Assembly: GCA_027622665.1 (NCBI GenBank)
Contig: JAQBYT010000051.1
Coordinates: 1-22,584 of the forward strand
Source of the DNA: Verrucomicrobiota bacterium
Lineage (GTDB): Bacteria; Verrucomicrobiota; Verrucomicrobiia; Opitutales; Seribacteraceae
DNA: 22,584 nucleotides
Direction of reading: 5' to 3'
How positions within the stretch are numbered: position 1 is the stretch's first letter; each line of letters opens with the position of its first letter. Below the pieces are notes generated by a model. That model saw only the letters and a program-made list of their open reading frames with translations. It was not told the origin of the DNA and did not search any database. Positions 17,401 to 22,584 of the stretch are shown here, piece by piece. The position numbers and the translations under genes are program-made.

Positions 17401-20400
17401 GGAGCAGCAACGGCCTCTTCAGCTGCATCCTTCTGAGCCTGGCTGGCACCTTCGCCAAGAGCCGCTACAGCTTTCGCTTTTGCCGCAAGAGCTACACCTT
17501 CTGACCTCTCGACCATTGCTTTTAAGTCTGAAGCTTGAGCTGCGTTTTCGAAAAGAGTGGTAAGAGCAGGTGCAGCAACGGCCTCTTCAGCTGCATCCTT
17601 CTGAGCGTCGGTTGCACCTTCGCCAAGAGCCGCTACAGCTTTCGCTTTTGCCGCAAGAGCAACAGTTTCAGACTTCTCCACCATTGCTTTTAAGTCTGAA
17701 GCTTGAGACGCGTTTTCGAAAAGAGTGGTAAGAGCAGGTGCAGCAACGGCCTCTTCAGCTGCATCCCTCTGAGCCTGGCTGGCACCTTCGCCAAGAGCCG
17801 CTACAGCTTTCGCTTTTGCCGCAAGAGCAACAGTTTCGGACTTCTCCACCATTGCTTTTAAGTCTGAAGCTTGAGACGCGTTTTCGAAAAGATTAGTAAG
17901 AGCAGGTGCAGCAACGGCCTCTTCAGCTGCTGCCTTCTGAGCGTCGGTTGCACCTTCGCCAAGAGCCGCTACAGCTTTCGCTTTTGACGCAAGAGCAACA
18001 CCTTCTGACTTCAAGACCATTGCTTTTAAGTCTGAAGCTTTATCAGCATTTACAAAAAGAGTAGTCAAAGATGCTCCCGCAACTGTCTCGGAAGCTGCAG
18101 CCTTGGCTGCGACTTTCTCTGCCTCAGTTGCACCATCACCGAGGGCAGCAAGCGCTGCAGTTTCGGCTTTCGCTTTTGCCTCAAGAGCAACAGTTTCGGA
18201 CTTCTCCACCATTTCCTTTAGCTCGTTCGCTTGATCTGCATTGTTCAAGACACTATCCAAAAGGTCTGAATCGCCTCCAGCACCAGCAATGTCTCCTGCT
18301 TTGTCGGCTAGATCGACAACAGCAGCAAAATTATTGAAAACATCGTCGACCTTAACTGCCGGGGCAGTCTCTACAGGAGTTTCTCCACCTGGCTCCGCCG
18401 GAGTTTCTGCGGCAATCTTTTGAGCATCCCTCGCCGTATCAACTTTCTTTACAACATTGAATAGGGCTTTGGCTTTTTTGGCTGAGGCATCCCCTGCAGT
18501 TTTTATTTCTGCGGCGATTTCAACTTCAGATTTTCCAGCAGCGCGCGCATCATCTTCCACTTTTTTCTTCTTCGCATTCTCGGCAGCAACAACCTGTTCC
18601 ATCTGCACGGCTTTGTCGGCACTCTTGAGAACCGCAGCGAAACTATCGGCGGCACCTGCGTCCTTCGCTGCATTAATGACAGACACCACCTTGTCGGCAT
18701 TCTCTGCGTTCACCAGGATAGACTCAAAACCAGCTTCGGAATTAACGGAAGTTGCGGTCTCGGTAAGTGATACGACATCATCAAACTTGTTAAAGACATT
18801 TGTACTGTCCAATTTAACAGTGAGACTGTCTTTGCGAGAAATCGCCGAGTCGGCTAAATCGAAGCCGACACGAGATATCGAGGTATGGGTTGCTTCGAAA
18901 GCGGAAATAATACCATCGATTGCATCAGAGCTGGTAGCGGCTTCAATATCGGAAACAGCCTCGCCAAAGGCAGATTTCGCGGCTGTAACTTTTAGAGCAG
19001 CAGCATCAGCCAAAGCTTTTGCTGAATCAGCTGCATCCGACTTAGCTTTCGCCTCGGCTGCGGCAATTGCAGCAGCGATATCATCAGCAGATTTACCCTC
19101 TTTTTTCGCAGTTTCTTCTGCAGCAAGTTTTGCTGCATCTTCCACAGCTTTTGCATTTATCTCAGCTGCAAGAACTGCATCCTGCTCAGCTTTTTTCAGT
19201 GCTTCGTCCGCCGCCATTTTGTCTGCTGCCGCTTTCTCATTAGCCGCACTCTGGGCTTTTTCTTCCTGTTGGACAGCATCGACTTTTTTGACCACCTTGA
19301 ACAGGGCTTGGCCTTTCTTGGCCGAAGCTTCAGCGGCTTCCTTTATTTCCTGTTCTATTGCCGCGACGTCTCCTCCGGCATCTTGAGCTGCCTTAAGCTT
19401 CTCCTGAACTTCTTGCTTTTTCTTATTTTCAGTTTCAACGACATTGGCCAACTTGTCTCCCTGATCTGCATTCCTCAGGACTGCACCCAGGGTATCCTTG
19501 TTTTTGGAGCCTATTTCGTCTGCCGCGTCGATGACAACCTTGAGCTCATCAGCCATTTCCGCATTGTCGAGAACAGCCGTCAAGGTACTTGCATCGTTTG
19601 CTCCTACTGATTGAGCCGATTCAGTGACGTCCACGACATTAGCCAAGGGAAGCTTCCCGTAATTCGGATTGGGTACTGGTTTTTCATCTTTGTCCAATAC
19701 TACATCTCCATTTGCATCTTTCTTGTATGGTTCCTCATCACGTTTAATCAGATTGTCCAAGAAGGATTTAGATTCATCATCTCCATCAACTCTTCTTCCT
19801 GCCTTACGTTGTGTCTCTTCATCGTCTTGCTTGGACTTGAACATCGTGGCGGCCTTTTCCGTGACCTCGACGAAAGTCTCGACCTGTTGGAGCTGCTCTG
19901 GGTTGTCCAGATCGATCAAACCTGCTTTATCCAAGGCAACAGCCTCGCTGGATGAGTTTTTATCATTCACGCCTTTGGAAGCCGCTTGGCGTTCGTCGTC
20001 TTCCTCGTTGATTTCTTCCTCGGAAGGAGCTTCTTCTTCTCCGTCGGACTCGGGAGCGTCTTCCGCATCGGGGCCATCACTCGGTATGGGTGCCACATTA
20101 TCAATTGCATTGTTGGCGGCTGCGCCGGCATCGTCCAGATCGGCGTTGATTGCAGCCAAGTCGCCTGCTGCTGCAGGAGCAGCCACGGGTGCGGCAGCCA
20201 CGGCGCCTGTATCGGTAACGGCGGGAGCAACGGACTGACCTGCAAAGACAGGGACGGGGATGGGCGGAGGAGCTCCAAGGATGGCCAAGGGGATGAAGGA
20301 AATGGCGCCTCTGGGCACGGTGATCTTACTCATCCAACCACCACCTGGGGCGGGGCGAATGTTCATTCCCACGCGAGTGCCGCGGATACCTGCGGTGCCG

Positions 20401-20870
20401 ACGGGGGAATCGATGTCGAAGCTGGACTCTTTCTTGAGCTTCTTGATATCGACCACCATGTCACCGACGTTGAGGTCGATGAGGACATCGGAGGCGCTGG
20501 GCTCTTCCTTGATGGTGTTGAGATTAGTGCCCGCTGGAATCTTGCCTTGGGTGAATTTCTTGATATTGAGAATGGAGTCCGCCTTGAGGGTGGTCACGGT
20601 GCCCGTGGAGAAGAGGAGAATGATCTTGCCGTTGGGCCCGGTCTTGATGGTATGCCCATCGAACAGGATCTTGCCGGCGGCGACAGGAAGAGCTGCACCT
20701 GAGAGGTTATTGGTAACGGTGACCTTACCTTCGATACTCGCAATGATGATGGCACCCTTGGGATCGGAGGCTTCCTGAGGCAGAGGGTCGGCTTGCCCGT
20801 ATGCAATTGAAGAAAGTGAGCCGATCAAGAAGATCGCGATAACGGCAGGAATTTGATTCAAGGGCATCAT
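14463..20870 (-). CDS. 2135-aa secreted protein: N-terminal FecR domain, long acidic/Ala-rich helical repeat region, C-terminal beta-helix-like domain
   Basis: Signal peptide (..AYG|QA); FecR motifs IEGKV, GHTIKTGPNG.I.L.FSTG....L...S.L.I, L..G, F.I.SPVGTAGIRGT; helical repeats; C-terminal ~240 aa of short beta repeats. Confidence 0.85.
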   Translation of the reverse strand: MMPLNQIPAVIAIFLIGSLSSIAYGQADPLPQEASDPKGAIIIASIEGKVTVTNNLSGAALPVAAGKILFDGHTIKTGPNGKIILLFSTGTVTTLKADSILNIKKFTQGKIPAGTNLNTIKEEPSASDVLIDLNVGDMVVDIKKLKKESSFDIDSPVGTAGIRGTRVGMNIRPAPGGGWMSKITVPRGAISFIPLAILGAPPPIPVPVFAGQSVAPAVTDTGAVAAAPVAAPAAAGDLAAINADLDDAGAAANNAIDNVAPIPSDGPDAEDAPESDGEEEAPSEEEINEEDDERQAASKGVNDKNSSSEAVALDKAGLIDLDNPEQLQQVETFVEVTEKAATMFKSKQDDEETQRKAGRRVDGDDESKSFLDNLIKRDEEPYKKDANGDVVLDKDEKPVPNPNYGKLPLANVVDVTESAQSVGANDASTLTAVLDNAEMADELKVVIDAADEIGSKNKDTLGAVLRNADQGDKLANVVETENKKKQEVQEKLKAAQDAGGDVAAIEQEIKEAAEASAKKGQALFKVVKKVDAVQQEEKAQSAANEKAAADKMAADEALKKAEQDAVLAAEINAKAVEDAAKLAAEETAKKEGKSADDIAAAIAAAEAKAKSDAADSAKALADAAALKVTAAKSAFGEAVSDIEAATSSDAIDGIISAFEATHTSISRVGFDLADSAISRKDSLTVKLDSTNVFNKFDDVVSLTETATSVNSEAGFESILVNAENADKVVSVINAAKDAGAADSFAAVLKSADKAVQMEQVVAAENAKKKKVEDDARAAGKSEVEIAAEIKTAGDASAKKAKALFNVVKKVDTARDAQKIAAETPAEPGGETPVETAPAVKVDDVFNNFAAVVDLADKAGDIAGAGGDSDLLDSVLNNADQANELKEMVEKSETVALEAKAKAETAALAALGDGATEAEKVAAKAAASETVAGASLTTLFVNADKASDLKAMVLKSEGVALASKAKAVAALGEGATDAQKAAAEEAVAAPALTNLFENASQASDLKAMVEKSETVALAAKAKAVAALGEGASQAQRDAAEEAVAAPALTTLFENASQASDLKAMVEKSETVALAAKAKAVAALGEGATDAQKDAAEEAVAAPALTTLFENAAQASDLKAMVERSEGVALAAKAKAVAALGEGASQAQKDAAEEAVAAPALTNLFENADKAANLAKVVAAAGEGADLTNVLANADKADSYAKVVDQIASLNFVGDQANDIFDNIDVIADVLGDVTTEGAVVNADVARNLLGNAKEAKQMQDALLVIKEASAGTGGGGAAPSLAQLENIVKKDVKELVAINNVAKKLKESGEGGAAALEAFVNQNIEKAAQLEQAFEGNADLAGQIAAQAKAKADADAAAVAALGEGATDAEKAAAIAAAAEVDGAAGALNIDSLVDASALGSLKTVYAGTDYLSVLEKPENADKADDIAFALSFIKSGKSDLSADEAAKETANEAAFFANIDKLDDLIDLGLKFEDDPTKMDTIFNNLDRLDALKELSDQLAVYPDRIKLVFENAEKADALLGTVKDIISSGSETLMDSLFESQESLDATMANQGLIKLTTDYPQYGDAIAQYGSKAAEIAATAEDFKDDSAKLDLIFGNLDKLDAVNDMTARYGADADKDKIDKLFENFDKLDEIKKLSDRLEGANLDGAQDRLFENIDRLDDFETGLDIFTEAGILKQLDSATAEQVAMIFDIGDAFNGDAEKLKIAGSNLDKLSDLKALAENNDLDAAKLDLVFANPDKAGKIKEITDAHGTDAGSRDAIFDNLDSLDQFEMDPDLIKIAEESPGDFKSAKESGQLSSTLLNELKKLGLEGEELKMVLADLNTGPAEGQQPGDAPTSTPVDPNTVSLLANHEIKDNTINPNLVLTAELAFASSFFQDVVQVYDNLSGPSDTSESITRNFNVIGGKNVSISAGDYDIGNVYGGPGQDEFLIAATDKLTIAGNAAFRNTDETMASTTDGLILLSAGSVSLPQGTVDQRASVSYAGDMLGIGSMETLNVINVDLQAEGEVSLRSLDSLVIENSKMITTNGNGADFVHLRALDEINANGLLFSANVQQIVMDAMTINLANVTFPGGSTVNLNSALGPLDSKYPTFGLENKAYGRVNFIQNVRYGTSLLLNTRTAFNSLPAGSITIGTK
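17374..18045 (-). repeat. Four near-identical 168-bp (56-aa) intragenic tandem repeats, with a diverged copy to ~18240
   Basis: GCGTTTTCGAAAAGA recurs at 17374, 17542, 17710 and 17878; unit ALT[NT]LFENASQASDLKAMVEKSE[TG]VALAAKAKAVAALGEGA[TS][DQ]AQ.DAAEEAVAAP. Confidence 0.97.
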
Positions 20871-21097
20871 ATTTGTATATGTGTTAAGAAATGAATGTAG
20901 TGTTGAATGTCCTATTCAAAGGAGAGATGCAAACAATAATTTCGTATTGAAGATAGTAAAAGGTTTAAAGAATGTTGATATGTGAATGAAGGCAGATGCA
21001 GTTGAAGCCTTGATTGATTCGCGGGTTTGGTGCAATTACAAAAATGTATTGGCTGAAGCCATTTGGTGGGGAATCACTATGTTTTCATAAATGTAGT

Positions 21098-22584
21098 TCA
21101 TTCGGCCGAATTCGTGGAATAATTGTAGAAGTACGCACTACCCTGACGGTTGGCCAAGAAATAAATCCATTCGGCGTGATCATGTCGGTATAGGTACGGC
21201 CACAATCCTGGTTTAGTCCACAGCCATCCGCGTTCCTCTTGCCAGAGCCAAACTCCACCTTCTCCATCAGGCACGGTGTACAACCAGCCGAGACCAGCGT
21301 GGAAGACCCAATCGTTGTCGTCGAAAGTAAGTAAGGCTCCAAACCAAGGAACATCCAGCCAACCACCCTCCAAAGGTGTGGCGTCGGCCCACGGGTCGTC
21401 GGCCTCGACACTTGCTCCCTCTCCTAAATCATCGACCAATTCGTCGTGCGAAGAATCACCGACGTGTTCGGATACGAATTTTCTGGGGGCGCCGTAATAA
21501 ACGCCTGCTTCGTTGATTGCATAAGCTCGATAATAATAGGTAGCGCCTGTAAGCGAAGGGGCGAACTCAAAGGAGAAGTCGCCGTCATCATTGTCGTCAA
21601 TGGCAATGACGCGAACTTCGTGTTCGTGCCCATGCTCTTCGCCATCGGAGTCGTCGTCGGAGTCAGGCTCAAATTCTTCATTTCCCAAAAAGAGAGAGTC
21701 AGATATGACAAAGCCCGTATCGGTATCCGGATCATCCCCATCGTAAAGCAAAGATCCACTCAAGCGAACGAGACCATCGTCCAAGAGATCGAAATTCGTG
21801 GTTTTCACAATGGCAAGGTGGTGCTCGTCAGCCTCGCCATCGGCGGGTTTTGGCTCGACTTCATTTTTGCCTTCATTCTCGTCCGCACTCCAGTCTTGTA
21901 GGAAGGGATAATCCTCGTATAGGGAAACAATTTCTTCGGATGTTCCTTCATATCCTTTCTCATGCCAAGCATCATCTTGGATAGAGACATCAAGAACTTG
22001 TTGCCAATAGGCTTCGTAGTCACCTGCAAAAACCAAGCCATCCATGTCGACCACGACATTCTCGTGAGCACCTGTGCCTTCCTCGATTGAAATCGTCCAA
22101 GAATCGCCCGGACCGAAGTCACCGCTTTCGTCCTTGTCGTAATATTGGAAGAAAACCATACCGAAGTCCGAGGCGAAGTTGGTCACTGTCTCTTGATCGG
22201 CTAAGTCAAGCACGCCTACGGGTTCACTTAGATCGATGGTCGCATCTTCATCCTCACCGTCGGTTTCGCCATCACCTTTGCCAGGTGCATAATCGCCGTC
22301 GTCGGTGATGTTCCCGTCCTCGGGATTAGTGAAGTTCCCATCGCCGGGATCGGTAAAGTTCCCATCTCCAGGATCGGTAAAGTTGCCATCGCCGGGGTCT
22401 GTAAAGTTGCCATCGCCGGGGTCTGTAAAGTTACCATCACCGGGGTCTGTAAAGTTACCGTCGCCGGAGTCTGTAAAGTTCCCATCGCCGGGGTCTGTAA
22501 AGTTGCCATCTCCAGGATCAGTAAAGTTACCATCGCCGGGGTCAGTAAAGTTCCCATCGCCGGGATCGGTAAAGTTCCCGTCGC
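21098..22584 (-). CDS. 5'-truncated acidic surface/secreted protein: DGNFTDPG repeats, FN3-like domain, Trp-rich C-terminal domain
   Basis: The frame of ORF 21098..22213 stays open to the window edge (I read ...DGNFTDPG repeats, DGNFTNPE, DGNITDDG, DYAPGKGDGETDGEDEDATIDLSEPVG, VLDLADQ), so GTG 22213 is internal. FN3-like L.G.TYYYRAYAINEAG.YYG; C-terminal W..VPWFG...WVFH.GLGWLY...WLW....GWLWT....WPYLY. Confidence 0.88.
   Translation of the reverse strand, partial: DGNFTDPGDGNFTDPGDGNFTDPGDGNFTDPGDGNFTDSGDGNFTDPGDGNFTDPGDGNFTDPGDGNFTDPGDGNFTDPGDGNFTNPEDGNITDDGDYAPGKGDGETDGEDEDATIDLSEPVGVLDLADQETVTNFASDFGMVFFQYYDKDESGDFGPGDSWTISIEEGTGAHENVVVDMDGLVFAGDYEAYWQQVLDVSIQDDAWHEKGYEGTSEEIVSLYEDYPFLQDWSADENEGKNEVEPKPADGEADEHHLAIVKTTNFDLLDDGLVRLSGSLLYDGDDPDTDTGFVISDSLFLGNEEFEPDSDDDSDGEEHGHEHEVRVIAIDDNDDGDFSFEFAPSLTGATYYYRAYAINEAGVYYGAPRKFVSEHVGDSSHDELVDDLGEGASVEADDPWADATPLEGGWLDVPWFGALLTFDDNDWVFHAGLGWLYTVPDGEGGVWLWQEERGWLWTKPGLWPYLYRHDHAEWIYFLANRQGSAYFYNYSTNSAE
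22301..22584 (-). repeat. 24-bp coding tandem repeat (DGNFTDPG), about 12 visible units, continuing past the window end
   Basis: (A/G)AAGTT recurs every 24 bp from 22331 to 22571, with a degenerate unit at 22307; variation is almost all at codon third positions in the DGNFTDPG frame. Confidence 0.97.

Noticed and set aside
18457..20778. Long plus-strand ORFs (18457..19386, 19669..20238, 19986..20702, 20260..20778)
   Set aside because: Antisense shadows of the Ala/Asp/Glu/Lys-rich giant gene; Ser/Ala/Phe-rich and without motifs.
11906..20870. Canonical FecI/FecR/FecA iron-signalling locus
   Set aside because: No ECF sigma factor or TonB-dependent receptor in the window, and the FecR-like domains lack an evident N-terminal cytoplasmic anti-sigma region.
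20871..21097. Specific promoter or ncRNA in the AT-rich spacer upstream of the giant gene
   Set aside because: Probably regulatory, but I found only weak hexamer matches (TTGCAC...AAGGCT) and no convincing structure.
22228..22557. ORF with MATLQTPA repeats
   Set aside because: Alternative frame of the 24-bp repeat; variation is non-synonymous in this frame but synonymous in the DGNFTDPG frame.
22301..22584. CRISPR or ice-nucleation-type octapeptide repeat
   Set aside because: No spacers between units, and the sequence does not match the AGYGSTxT ice-nucleation consensus.

Overview
Bacterial genomic window. The protein styles suggest Verrucomicrobiota/Opitutales, but that is inference only. 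It has three parts. (1) 1-670: a non-coding mosaic of REP-like palindromic elements with a ~190-bp direct duplication. (2) Housekeeping genes: a minus-strand proS-panC-nadB-panE run, divergent from eno and an Rsm22/METTL17-like SAM methyltransferase. (3) A ~14-kb minus-strand cell-envelope cluster: a 5'-truncated surface protein (DGNFTDPG tandem array, FN3-like domain, Trp-rich C-terminal domain), a 2135-aa FecR-domain/helical-repeat/beta-helix protein, an outer-membrane beta-barrel, a TPR+FecR-like protein, and a CsgG/FlgT-like, COG3014, YcfL, LpoB-like module. The most interesting signals are the FecR giant protein + barrel + FecR partner cassette (candidate undescribed surface export/display system), a tandem array of bacterial-type N-glycosylation sequons (D-x-N-x-T), and an Rsm22-like enzyme that seems to lack most of the family's Fe-S cysteines. 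All family calls come from motif recognition; no searches were run.
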